A stretch of DNA of 64,000 nt from Basidiobolus meristosporus CBS 931.73 (lineage: Eukaryota > Fungi > Basidiobolomycota), in NCBI GenBank assembly GCA_002104905.1, contig MCFE01000483.1:1-64000 (forward strand). Direction: 5' to 3'. Shown in pieces: positions 23,779-34,734 of the stretch. A program made the translations under genes and the position numbers. The notes under the pieces were generated by a model. It worked only from the letters and a program-made list of their open reading frames with translations, was not told where the DNA came from and made no database searches. Every line of letters starts with the position of its first letter. Positions within the stretch are counted from its first letter, which is position 1.

Positions 23779-26196
23779 ATGAGCAATTACCCGCAGCAGC
23801 CTTACTCGGATCATCCGTTGGCCTATGATGGCAGTGCCAATCATCCAGAGGACCCGTTTCAAGACCCACCCAACGCCAAACATCTAGAGGAGCTCTACAA
23901 TGCGAACATTGCCCCCCCTCCTGGGTCTCGAAGATATAGACAGTACATAGAGGATCGTCGTAAAAGTCTTCGTCATATCGAACTAACGTCGGGCAACTTG
24001 GTCATAGAGTGTCCAATTGCCGACAAGATTTTAGAGGGCGCCCCCAACCGAGGCGAAGAGTTCGATACGATGCGGTACACGGCGGCTACCTGTGACCCAA
24101 ATGACTTTCTTCTAAATAGATACACGTTACGCCAAGCAATCTACGGTCGCACAACCGAGCTGTTCATTGTCATGACCATGTACAACGAAGACGAGCAGCT
24201 GTTTGTCAAGACGTTCACCGGTGTCATTAAAAACATTCGTCATCTCTGCAACCGCTCCAAATCCAAGGTGTGGGGGAATGAGGGATGGAAGAAGTGTGTC
24301 GTCTGTGTGGTTGCCGATGGCCGCACCAAAGTCCACCCTCGAGTTCTCAAGGTCTTGGGTGCCATGGGCGCCTATCAAGAAGGGATAGCGCAGAGCTCGG
24401 TGAACGGGAAGAACGTCACTGCCCACATCTACGAGTACACCACTCAACTCTACATCGATGGCGATATGAAGGTGCATTCGATTACAGAGCAGGACTTTGT
24501 CCCGATTCAAATCGTCTTCTGTCTGAAAGAGAAGAATGCCAAGAAACTAAACTCGCATCGCTGGTTTTTCAATGCGTTTGCTCCGCTTCTCAATCCGAAT
24601 GTATGTATCCTACTGGATGTGGGTACTCGTCCAAGTGGAACTTCAATCTACCATCTATGGAAAGCCTTTGACCGCAACCCTAACGTTGGCGGTGCTTGTG
24701 GTGAGATCTGCGTCGAATTGGGGTCTGGCTGCTCCAATCTCTGGAACCCCTTGGTTGCGGCACAAAACTTCGAATACAAAATGAGCAACATCCTGGATAA
24801 GCCGCTGGAAAGTGTTTTCGGATACATCAGTGTCCTACCTGGTGCTTTCTCTGCCTACCGTTACGCGGCGTTAAAGAACACCTCTCCAGGGGTGGGGCCG
24901 CTTGCCTCGTACTTCAAGGGTGAGTCTATGCATGGAGCCGATGCCACTGGTGGCATCTTTGAAGCCAACATGTATCTTGCTGAGGATCGTATTTTGTGCT
25001 TCGAGCTGTGTGCCAAGAAGAACTGCAAATGGGTCCTGAAATACGTGAAGTCGGCCAAGGCTGAAACAGATGTACCGGATAATTGGCCAGAATTCATTTC
25101 ACAAAGACGTCGCTGGCTAAATGGCTCGCTGTTCGCTGCCTTCTTTGCCACGGCCCACTGGTTTCAAATCTGGAGAACAAATCATGGCATCTTCCGAAAG
25201 GCGCTGTTCATGGTTCAATTTATCTACAACGTGATCAATCTATTCTTCTCCTGGTTTGCTCTTGGTAACTTCTACCTCACGTTCTACTTCATGGGCCAAG
25301 AGAGCGTCAATGCGCAAAACAATGGCGAGCCGGATCCCTTCTTCGACCAGTCCAAATACGTGTACTCGATTGTGCGCGAGATTTTCCTTCTGGGCATCAT
25401 TGTTCAATTCGTCCTCTCGCTGGGAAATCGTCCACAGGGCTCGAAGATCATCTACCTCTTGTGCGTGTATTTGTTCGCCTTCGTGATGGCTATCATGCTA
25501 TACACTATTGGCTTCAATCTGACCATCTACTTCTCCGACCCCAACGTGTACAACAATTTGATGAAGCACCCGTTTACCAAAGAGACCGTGAATATCTTTA
25601 TCGCCGTTGCTTCTACCTATGGACTGTACTTCGTCTCATCGTTCCTATACTTTGAACCATGGCATATGTTCACTTCCTTCATTCAGTACATGTTCATCTT
25701 CCCATCCTATGTATGCATTCTCATGGTTTATGCGTTCTGTAACACCCACGATGTCTCCTGGGGAACCAAGGGTGATAACAACGCATCAGCCAATCTCGGC
25801 AATGTAACGTCGCTTACCAACAAGCAGGGAGTTGAGGTGGCCACTGTGGAGGTTCCTACTGAGAAACAGGATGTCAATGCCTTGTATTCCGAACTGCTCT
25901 CTGATCTTCAGGTCAAGCCAGAGCCGGAGAAACAACAAACGGATGCCGCAACCAAGCGTGAGGATTATTATCGTCTCTTCCGTACACGTACGGTGCTCGC
26001 TTGGATGTTTAGCAATGTCGTGTTGATTCTTGCTTTCCAATCGGATACGGTCAACGGTTGGATCAAGAGGCTAGCAGGTGACTACGTTAGCAGCCGGCCA
26101 TACCTTGATTTCATATTCTGGTCCATGGCTGCTATGTCAGCTTTCAAATTCATTGGATGCCTCACATATTTGTACCTGAGGATTATGTTTGGCTAA
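23779..26196 (+). CDS. chs: Chitin synthase, division 1 (class I/II-like), 805 aa, intronless
   Basis: Motifs [55 protein letters not shown] and SWGTKG, plus C-terminal TM helices. Confidence 0.97.
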   Translation: MSNYPQQPYSDHPLAYDGSANHPEDPFQDPPNAKHLEELYNANIAPPPGSRRYRQYIEDRRKSLRHIELTSGNLVIECPIADKILEGAPNRGEEFDTMRYTAATCDPNDFLLNRYTLRQAIYGRTTELFIVMTMYNEDEQLFVKTFTGVIKNIRHLCNRSKSKVWGNEGWKKCVVCVVADGRTKVHPRVLKVLGAMGAYQEGIAQSSVNGKNVTAHIYEYTTQLYIDGDMKVHSITEQDFVPIQIVFCLKEKNAKKLNSHRWFFNAFAPLLNPNVCILLDVGTRPSGTSIYHLWKAFDRNPNVGGACGEICVELGSGCSNLWNPLVAAQNFEYKMSNILDKPLESVFGYISVLPGAFSAYRYAALKNTSPGVGPLASYFKGESMHGADATGGIFEANMYLAEDRILCFELCAKKNCKWVLKYVKSAKAETDVPDNWPEFISQRRRWLNGSLFAAFFATAHWFQIWRTNHGIFRKALFMVQFIYNVINLFFSWFALGNFYLTFYFMGQESVNAQNNGEPDPFFDQSKYVYSIVREIFLLGIIVQFVLSLGNRPQGSKIIYLLCVYLFAFVMAIMLYTIGFNLTIYFSDPNVYNNLMKHPFTKETVNIFIAVASTYGLYFVSSFLYFEPWHMFTSFIQYMFIFPSYVCILMVYAFCNTHDVSWGTKGDNNASANLGNVTSLTNKQGVEVATVEVPTEKQDVNALYSELLSDLQVKPEPEKQQTDAATKREDYYRLFRTRTVLAWMFSNVVLILAFQSDTVNGWIKRLAGDYVSSRPYLDFIFWSMAAMSAFKFIGCLTYLYLRIMFG

Positions 26197-26809
26197 GGTT
26201 GAGCATGCCTTGTTAATATATACCTCTTACCAGTAGCTTGATGTTATGATTCGGACCAGATACATCAAGGCATTACCGTCTCCCCATCAATCCACTCATC
26301 CTGCACCTCATATCCAACATTCTTCCACAATAACTTACGCATGGATTATATTTATTGGATTTCTGCTTAGCATATCAAAGATCTACAAAGCATCTGTAAT
26401 ATTATCCCTTTGTCGGGAGGAAGTGATTGGTTGTACTGATACCTCGAATAAATCTGCTCTTTTCTCTTGAGCCTGGCCCGACAAAAGCGAGCGCAATGAA
26501 AAGCTACGGAGAGTGCAAACGAGGTGAAGTCGGATTAGCTCGCACCACCTCAATGCACCATCCAATTGGCTCGGGGGAAGATAGGCTGGTCAAGCGCTCA
26601 GGGGATTATTCTGATTCCATGATTTGGCGGTTCGGATCCACTCAGGGTCATGAGAACACCCAAGTAATACAGCTTAGTAGAAAAATTCATTCCATGTGAA
26701 GGCCACGTAAATGTTCAAGTCCAGTGTATATGGTCGCATGCCATATAAAGTGACTTTGATTATTTTTCAGTAACCACCGTTCCTTAAGGCAGGTGGTTTA
26801 CTCTCCAAA

Positions 26810-27685
26810 ATGGAGCACACTTCCATACCCAATTTAGCCTGTTATTTTGCTCGACATGGAGAGCGTATAGACCATATAGATAGCGCCTGGGCCGAAACGT
26901 CGAGTACTCCTTTTGACCCGCCCCTAAGTAACGAGGGGTTTGTTCAAGCGAAAGCGACAGGGATACATATCGCAGACATAGAATACCGTTTGTCCAGAGA
27001 AGCCTCGTGCGAAGACCAACCTGTGACAATGCAATTCATCACTTCTCCATTCAAACGTTGTGTGCAGACTGCTCTCAGTATAGGCGCCGGCTTAATCCAA
27101 CGTAACAAGGAGCTGCTATCCCAAGGGAAAATCTCAAGTCTGCCAGTTGTCGACCACCTGCTAAATATCGAACCAGGGATTGGAGAGTGGATGTCGGAGG
27201 ACTATGCATTTATTCAGCAGGCTACATCAGCAATTGTCACTTCTAGGCAAACTGAGCTGCAGCGGGGCGTGTATACTGTAACGGGTCAGGAGAAGCCAGA
27301 GGCAATCCCGTTTGTGATCAACTGGGACTACAAACCGGCCAGAAGTGAACTCGCTGCTTTCCCGGAAACGTTTGGGAAAATGTGTAAGAGAATACAAGGA
27401 ACTTTTGAAAGTATCGTGTCGAACGTCGTGGGGGACACCGATCGTACCAACGCTTCCGTATCAATGGAGGGCCGGCCACGCACCATCTTGATATTTATCA
27501 CCCACGGGGCAGTCATCAAGCCGTTGCTCTATTATACAGTACACCAATATGCCTTACCCAACATACATTACTGTTGTTTATCCAGAGTTCATGTCGATGA
27601 TGTTGTGGACTCCGAAACCGCTGATTCGTTGGCCAAATCTTTATCCTGGAGAGCGGATCTACTCGTCACGACCTCACACCTTTGA
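26810..27685 (+). CDS. Histidine phosphatase (phosphoglycerate mutase-like) family protein, 291 aa
   Basis: RHGERID catalytic motif, TSPFKRCVQTA, EPGIGEW and ITHG. Confidence 0.88.
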   Translation: MEHTSIPNLACYFARHGERIDHIDSAWAETSSTPFDPPLSNEGFVQAKATGIHIADIEYRLSREASCEDQPVTMQFITSPFKRCVQTALSIGAGLIQRNKELLSQGKISSLPVVDHLLNIEPGIGEWMSEDYAFIQQATSAIVTSRQTELQRGVYTVTGQEKPEAIPFVINWDYKPARSELAAFPETFGKMCKRIQGTFESIVSNVVGDTDRTNASVSMEGRPRTILIFITHGAVIKPLLYYTVHQYALPNIHYCCLSRVHVDDVVDSETADSLAKSLSWRADLLVTTSHL

Positions 27686-28587
27686 ATTCTGGTACGCTGT
27701 GCCCCCTCTTCGCTTACCGAAGGGATAAATATAGATACCTAAACCTATACTAGTTGTATTGTTCTTGATTATCATTCGGATCATGTCGCTCATAGATTCC
27801 AAACCTCTCCGACGGGAGGGAGGCTTGTCCTTCGATGCTCTATTACCTGCCAAGTGGATGATTGAATGCCATGTCGAGGTACCAGTAACCCTTTTACATA
27901 AGGAAGATGGAATAAAGACATTACTATTGCTGAACACAAACCATGGTATGTAGACCAAATCATTGGAATTGCCGGATCCTGATTTTTGTTCCCCAATTCC
28001 CACCGCCATTGCAGCGAGTCTTCGCTCATGAAAGCTACACCAAACATCCAGCAAGTAAACCATTCCGTGTCGGAATAGTCATCTCTACTAGATTGTACGA
28101 AAGGTTTCGGAATTGTTAAGTGCACTGGTTTTATGTTGGTCAGTCAATCCCTAACTGGTGAGGTGACTCTTTGTGATACCACGTGTGAGCGCCCTAGAGC
28201 CCATCGGTATATTGCGAACCCATAAAGGAGGATTCCCTCACTCAAGTAACATCCATCACTGCATGCAGAGAATCATACATCAAGTTGGACTGTTATTTAA
28301 TTAGCGGATATACAAACGTTGCGTGTTTAACATAGAACTCTCGCGAAAAAGATCTCAGCAAATGGATGTACATACAACATGTGCAATGAAATCTTCATAT
28401 ATTAAGGAGTGGGCCGGCACCACCATAAAATGCAACGGACATCGCCGTGTCAATCAGGGATTGAACAGAGCGCAGCATAAAGCGTTCTAAGGGAAGAAAA
28501 GGTTGACAAAACACATATTACACAGGTACAAAAGCAACGAAATCAAAGTATTATATAATCTCCTTGCATTAAGTGGTTATGGAGCAC

Positions 28588-29492
28588 CTAGAGCGGGAGG
28601 ACCCCTCGAAACGACTCGGCCCTTCTTACGGTCATTGTGAAGTTCTGCCTGGCAAATTCAATCTCTTGTTCATATACAGAGTCATACTTGCTGGCTTTCC
28701 AAGTGTTCATCTTCAGCCCATGGATCTGAATCCGAACCGAACGAATTCTGCCGCCATAGCTGGAGTTCCTGGTGGCCATTTTGTTCTTGCCAGAGATCGA
28801 GACATAATCATTACATTCGTGGTGCGGCTTCTTCCCATGATCCCTGGCGATAAAGTGGTAGGCCTCGTTGAGAAGCTCCGCATTCCAAAACTCGTATTCT
28901 TCGGTGGAGACGTGAAGATGATACTTGATACAACCGAGAAATTCCAGCTCTAGATCATTCACCTGGGACAGTTCTAAATTAGTGTAACGAGCCCAATCCA
29001 TATTCAGTGGGCTTTTTTCTTGATGATATTTGGAGGCAGCTATCAAGGCTCCGATGAAGGTGTTTCTGGCAAAATATAACCGATCGTCGTGGTTGCAATT
29101 CATCAGGGCCAAGTGCGAGTCGAATTCATGAACATCTATCTCCTCAAACAGTGGGGAAGTCAAAGCCAGCTCTTCTAAACAGTATCCGCCGTAGGGATCA
29201 TAATATTGACCTAGCATATTGCTTTGGATTGTTCCACGTAATTTATACAGATAATACAGCGAGAGCACGACGGTGGATGGATATACTTGCGAGGCCTTCA
29301 CTGTCTCTCGAATGAAGCTACGGAATACCAGACGTTTCGTGCGTGATATTGAGCTCAACGGGTGCCATATGTTTTCAATCACATACTCCACTGCCTCTAT
29401 ACGAATCCGTTAGAAAACCTGGGTTGGTAATCGGTCAAGGCTCTAGGATACTAACCAACTAGCGACTCTAATCCACTTCCGGTGTAGTGCAT
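28588..29492 (-). CDS. Pho80/Pcl-family cyclin-like protein with an acidic insertion; 2 exons (29456-29492, 28588-29396)
   Basis: ATG at 29492 (MHYTGSGLESLV). A 59-nt intron 29397-29455 (GTTAGT...CTAAC...TAG) joins in frame. Cyclin box FRSFIRETV...LSLYYLYKLR...FIGALIAASKY...NMDWA...VNDLELEFLGCIKYHLHVS. Confidence 0.8.
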
Positions 29493-31131
29493 TTTTTTTC
29501 TTCCAACTTCGACGTGCGTGCTTTGTTCAAAGAGAGTTGAGCACAAAGGGTAAAACAAACAATTTCACCAAAGCGAGGGAAGGCCTTTTAGCTTTCTCTG
29601 CTCCTATGGAACCTTCACTCCTGGTGTTTGATGTGATGGACAGCCTCCAAATCTTCAGAAATACTTGTTGTCGAAGTGGCAAAGGCAGTAAAGTATCAGA
29701 ATCCGTCTGGGATGTGAGATGATTGAAAGGGCGTACTGGTGACTTGCTCCAATGAGGCCATTTAAATATGAGGCTGTGATCAAATATGCACATGTGACTT
29801 GGGAAATATCATGAACACGGAGTTCCTAATTTGGAAAGGATTCATATAATCCTTCAAAAGATTTAGAAAAGTTCTCAAACCAATGGCTATCTCATGGTCA
29901 TTCCAAGTATCATTCATCACTCGGCATCCGATTCGTCATCTGCAGCAATTCAGTAGTTCGTATTGCAAATGAGAAGATATGTAGATGATATAAGGATAAT
30001 ACAATGATGCCATCTGTCTGGAAATTAAGCAGAGCTATCCACGAATGAATCTGTCTGAATCTCTGGACCTTGCTGGGTTCAACCACTGCCAATGTTGGAG
30101 CATCGACAAAGACTCGTAAGCGCACCCCGTGAGTAGCATCCATTCTTGCAGTCTCAGACAAAGCTGGGAATGCGTGAGCCGGTTGGTAAAACCGGGTAAC
30201 CATTACGTAGCTGTTTACCAACGGCCAAATGGTGCTGCACATACACGGGCCTGGTAGTATTTCCACGCCAGGCGCAACCCAAGCGTCAAATACCCTATTC
30301 TCTATACAGCATGGTTTCAATCATTGTCCTCCGGCACGAGGCCAACTGCTGTCCAGATTGTGGAAAGTAGGGGCTGACCCAATCTGGTTATGCTATTTTG
30401 TTATGAACAGGTGTGATGTTTCCACAACCTGTTTCCTTTCCCCTTGAAGTTACGAAACCACCATTCCTGGAGTTTGTATACGATACATCACCTTGGCTGT
30501 TCCCTACGCCCTAGCGACTCCGGATCAATGAGCATGGCATTAAATCAACGGTCGCTTTCTTTGTTGATCAATCTGGCTGTAGCATGCCTGAATACACGAG
30601 TCGGCACATGGAATCAACGGCCAAGTGATGCCATCAGGTGTGAGGCTGTTACCCAAACCAAGTTAGCATGCAGAATTCTATTGTTCATTGAGAGTCCAGG
30701 AGGGTTGAACCGGTATCTGTACAGCAATCGATCAGGCCACTCCTATTCACAGATCATGACTGTTGAAAACATCAATGAAGCAAAATGATCCATCAACATG
30801 CCATTTGAGGCAGATCTGATTTGCTGATCCCCAAGAAGCCAGGTGATTTTTCAGTTCATTGCAGTCCGCATCAGCCAGACCCATGCCGATGACTCACCAT
30901 GCTACAATCCCACTCCGTTCTCAGTGGACTTGTGGGCATACATGTGTGCCATGGCACATACAGTATGTGAATTAGATACAATCTCCATCACACCCATATA
31001 TGTCAATCGACATGTTCTTAATGGTAGTTTATTTGATAGTTCCAGGAATGAGAGCCAGCGCCCTCTGGCTCATAAAAAGCAAAGTCGACAGGGAGACGTA
31101 CTCATATATAGCAAGATGAGCAATGGTAGAA

Positions 31132-31860
31132 TTAACGGTTGCCTAGACAATGGTTTGGTCAGTACAATGCGAATCACCCGGTTCACTCTTCGCCACTTAC
31201 TCTTTGCGACACGCTCCAACTCGTCCTTCTTCTTGATGGCGTAGCTGTTGGAGGAGCCCTTGGCAGCATTGATGAGCTCATCAGCTAAGCACTCGGCGAT
31301 GGTCTTGACATTTCTGAACGCTGATTCACGGGTTCCGGTGGTCAACAAATGAATAGATTGATTAACCCTTCTCAAGGGAGAGACATCGACGGCTTGTCTA
31401 CGGACGGTACCGGAGCTACCGATACGAGTAGAGTCTTCACGAGGTCCAGAGTTGATAATGGCATCGATAAGAACTTGAACGGGGTTTTGGTCGGTAAGAA
31501 GGTTGATGATCTCAAAGGCGTGTTTGACGATGCGAACAGCCATAAGCTTCTTGCCGTTGTTGCGGCCGTGCATCATGAGCGAATTGGTCAAACGTTCAAC
31601 AATTGGGCACTTGAATGATTCGAATGGTTAGATAAAAATGGCGGCGACTATCTGTATTGCTCCAATATCATTATACATACCTGAGCCTTTCTGAATTTCT
31701 TGGTGGCATATCTGCCAGCAGTGTGTGGCAAATACACAGGAGATCTAACCTGAACGTAGTCGGTCAGAGAAATATCCTTGATTTCAAGATCTTCATAAGT
31801 CCATTTGTTAAAAAGGAGAACGCTTTGTGAAGCTGTGGTGATTTCAGCAGGGAGGGCCAT
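31132..31860 (-). CDS. RPS5: 40S ribosomal protein S5 (uS7), 199 aa; exons 31681-31860, 31201-31609, 31132-31142
   Basis: Near-invariant eukaryotic uS7 sequence ([69 protein letters not shown]). Introns 31610-31680 (GTATGT..AAG) and 31143-31200 (GTAAGT..TAG). Exons total 600 nt. Confidence 0.97.
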
Positions 31861-32985
31861 ATTCCGTTTCACCTGTTAACAAGAGATAGTAATATTCAGC
31901 ATCAATGATACGTCTTGTGGATGGATGCATGCAATGCGAGATGGATTTCATGGCAGAAAATGGCAACATGAAACTAAAAATTGCGTACGCTTCAAAAACC
32001 GCACTAACCGTTGTATTGGATGACCGTTGGAAAAGAGGGTTCGCATTCCACGGGGCAGTGAATTTTGTTCATTTCTCGATCAATTCAGAACCAATGAAGT
32101 CTGATTGAATAGAATTGATTCAATAGGCGACAAAAGCGCAACCATCCATTAATTTGAAGTTCCTAATTATCCACGACTCATGCTGCCAAAAATGTGCGAT
32201 CGATATTTACAATATTTTATGGTTAAATCTTTGTCATTAGCAGGTACTGAGATTGAGATGCCTAATCCTTGGGTAGTCTATCAACCATGATTTCCGGATT
32301 CCATCGAGCGATACGCTATTGCACCTAGACATCCTGTGCACTGAATACAACAAAGCCTCCCACATCTGAAGATTGAAATCATTTGTTGCCGCAGTAGATC
32401 CCTCCAATTCAAATCCTCGAAACTCTATTCAATTAAATACTATGCAGGAAGGATGTACGATATCTGTAGTATCATGTAGTTCGGTTCATTTCAAGGTACA
32501 ATACAGTTCGATAAGCACATACTAAGTATACTTGCACTCGAGGGGAATTAGCTGCGCATTAGATGTTTTCTGAAGTTGGGTTTGGTTTTGCGGTGATACC
32601 TGCGAGTGGATCTGCAATACTGAAGAGATAGCCTTCACCATTGTGACCGTATAAACTTTGTTGATCCTCGTTGCATTCTTTCAGGGGGTCGGATGCACTA
32701 TGTTGTTTCAAGGAGTTAGGCAAAGGGAACTTCTACTTTATTGTCCATGTATGTATACCTGACTAAGTTCAACGTCTCATACACAGGGTGAGATCCAAAA
32801 GTACTATGGAATTGTGATACATCAGAAAATGGGTCCGATGTGAGGTCAGTTGCCTAGAATTTCATTATTAGTTGAGGAGTTTGATTGAAAAAACAATGGC
32901 TTCCTACCGTGATGGCGGAGTCGCACAGAGGCGTACTGCCATAGTCTGTGTAACTTGCAGCTTGTGATCTAGTTGTAAAACGCTA

Positions 32986-34245
32986 TTACCAAATCATCAG
33001 AGTCAGCTTGTCGTATACTCCTTCAGGAATACAGGCAGAGCTTACTTGGTAGGCAGTGTCATATATGGAGTAGGATGCTGATGTAGAACCATCGATGTCG
33101 CACAAATAACCATCAGAACCATCGAATGGTGGGATATCAGAATATAGCAAATACATATCATCCTCATCTATAATTGGCAATGTTTGAAGTTGATCAGTTG
33201 AGACAAAGACTTGAGCAGTATCTTCAAAATATGATAGTTCCCCGCCTGACTCCAACGGATCAGTAATCAGGTCGAAAAATGGAGAATACAGAGATCCAAG
33301 CTGCGTGCTGTATGGGTCACTAGAGCATGGACCTTCAATAAGTGGTCCTGTCTCGACGGTTGTTGGTGATATGGTTGCTTTGTGAATACTTGTGCTTGCA
33401 TGTGTGGTTTCCGCTTCGCCATGGCGATAAAAATGACTTCCGGATGTCTGTGCATAGCCACTGTGAGGCTGGACATGATACAAATTACACTCTATCAATG
33501 TATCTAGGTTCGCATGCTCAAATGTGTTTATACACCTTGCGTTATTGTCCTCTGATTCAGGGTTTTGGCACGTCACACTTTTAGAACGTACAATTGATTT
33601 ACTCTTATAGTTTGATCTACAGGATAGTAAACCAGGTTTCGAAACCCTGAATCTTGAGACTCCTGGTTGAGTATGCAATGGTCGACTTCTGCGTGATTTG
33701 TAGGAATTTTCTCTTCTAAAATCTTTCACACTGCTCCCGATAACAAGGTTTCGAGAAAGAATGACTCGGGCTGGTTCAGTAACAGCGATTTTCCGAAACT
33801 GCTTTGGATGTTTCTTTGAAGTTGGCATGTATTGTTTTTTGACTCTTTTAAAAGCATTCCCAAGTGCATGCTTCAATCCGTTGAGACTGTTGGAGCAACT
33901 TTTGTTTTCACCTATTGATGGGTGTAAGTGTTGAGGTGGATACTTGCTCGGAATGCCTGGGCTAAGTCTCTGTGACCGAACACCAACCGATGAAGCAGAC
34001 GAGAGAGTACTGTTCTTCCCCGATTTCCCTTCATCATTGCGGTGTTGGATCCTATTCCGGGAACACCGCTTTACAGTATGTTTTCGTGGAGGTTTCGAGC
34101 TATTGTGATAGAAGGGCAGGGGTACTCTTGGATTAGGGATTATAAAGCTGCTTCTTCTGCTGTTGGTTTTAAAAGGAGAGGTAATTGGCTCGATTTTGCC
34201 AGTGGAAGCTTTCCGATCAGCACTTTTGATGGGGATATGTTCCAT
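32986..34245 (-). CDS. Hypothetical protein (419 aa) with a basic Ser/Arg/Lys-rich N-terminal part and an acidic Asp/Tyr-rich tail
   Basis: 1260-nt ATG-initiated open frame. No recognisable domain. Confidence 0.55.
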   Translation of the reverse strand: MEHIPIKSADRKASTGKIEPITSPFKTNSRRSSFIIPNPRVPLPFYHNSSKPPRKHTVKRCSRNRIQHRNDEGKSGKNSTLSSASSVGVRSQRLSPGIPSKYPPQHLHPSIGENKSCSNSLNGLKHALGNAFKRVKKQYMPTSKKHPKQFRKIAVTEPARVILSRNLVIGSSVKDFRRENSYKSRRSRPLHTQPGVSRFRVSKPGLLSCRSNYKSKSIVRSKSVTCQNPESEDNNARCINTFEHANLDTLIECNLYHVQPHSGYAQTSGSHFYRHGEAETTHASTSIHKATISPTTVETGPLIEGPCSSDPYSTQLGSLYSPFFDLITDPLESGGELSYFEDTAQVFVSTDQLQTLPIIDEDDMYLLYSDIPPFDGSDGYLCDIDGSTSASYSIYDTAYQVSSACIPEGVYDKLTLMIW

Positions 34246-34734
34246 ATATGCTGAGGAAGGAGTGTGGATATTCGCCGTCGAGTTTTCAACTTTGCTTGGG
34301 GGTTATAATACTAGTAGTAAAAGATGGAGGCTTTCAAACCCAAGTGTCAGGCTAGGACTGGGTATAAGCAAGGTCAACATCCAAAAATGTGGTAAGGACG
34401 GTCCAACCAATTTCGGACACTGTCCCGGCTCGTGGAATCACAGCTTTTGGATGATATGCCACGATGGGTGATATATACTTTCCACCAATTTCATTGGATA
34501 GATTCCGAATATTGCTCAGCATGCAGATGCTGCGGTTAGCCCGCCATCTAGGATAACAGACCGGATGCAATTAAAGAGATCATGATCAAATAATATCAAC
34601 GGCTAAGGATCTTGTTTCAATGCTCAGCAAGAGGTTTATTGTTTGAATGCTTGGGCTATACTAAAGAAATAGGCTGGAATATGTATACATAAGGTGGAAG
34701 ACTTTTTGGTGATCAATCATTGAATAGTACAAGT

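Noticed and set aside
24127-26040. Several ORFs overlapping the chitin synthase on the other strand or in other frames
   Set aside because: Shadow ORFs of a long GC-rich coding sequence.
1092-26196. Chitin/cell-wall gene cluster (secreted 6-Cys proteins, GT32, chitin synthase)
   Set aside because: The genes are 6-12 kb apart, separated by TE islands and cyclins, and belong to large families. No evidence of functional linkage.
29910-30900. ORFs of 114-136 aa between the cyclin and RPS5
   Set aside because: No motifs and inconsistent frames. At most a decayed gene.
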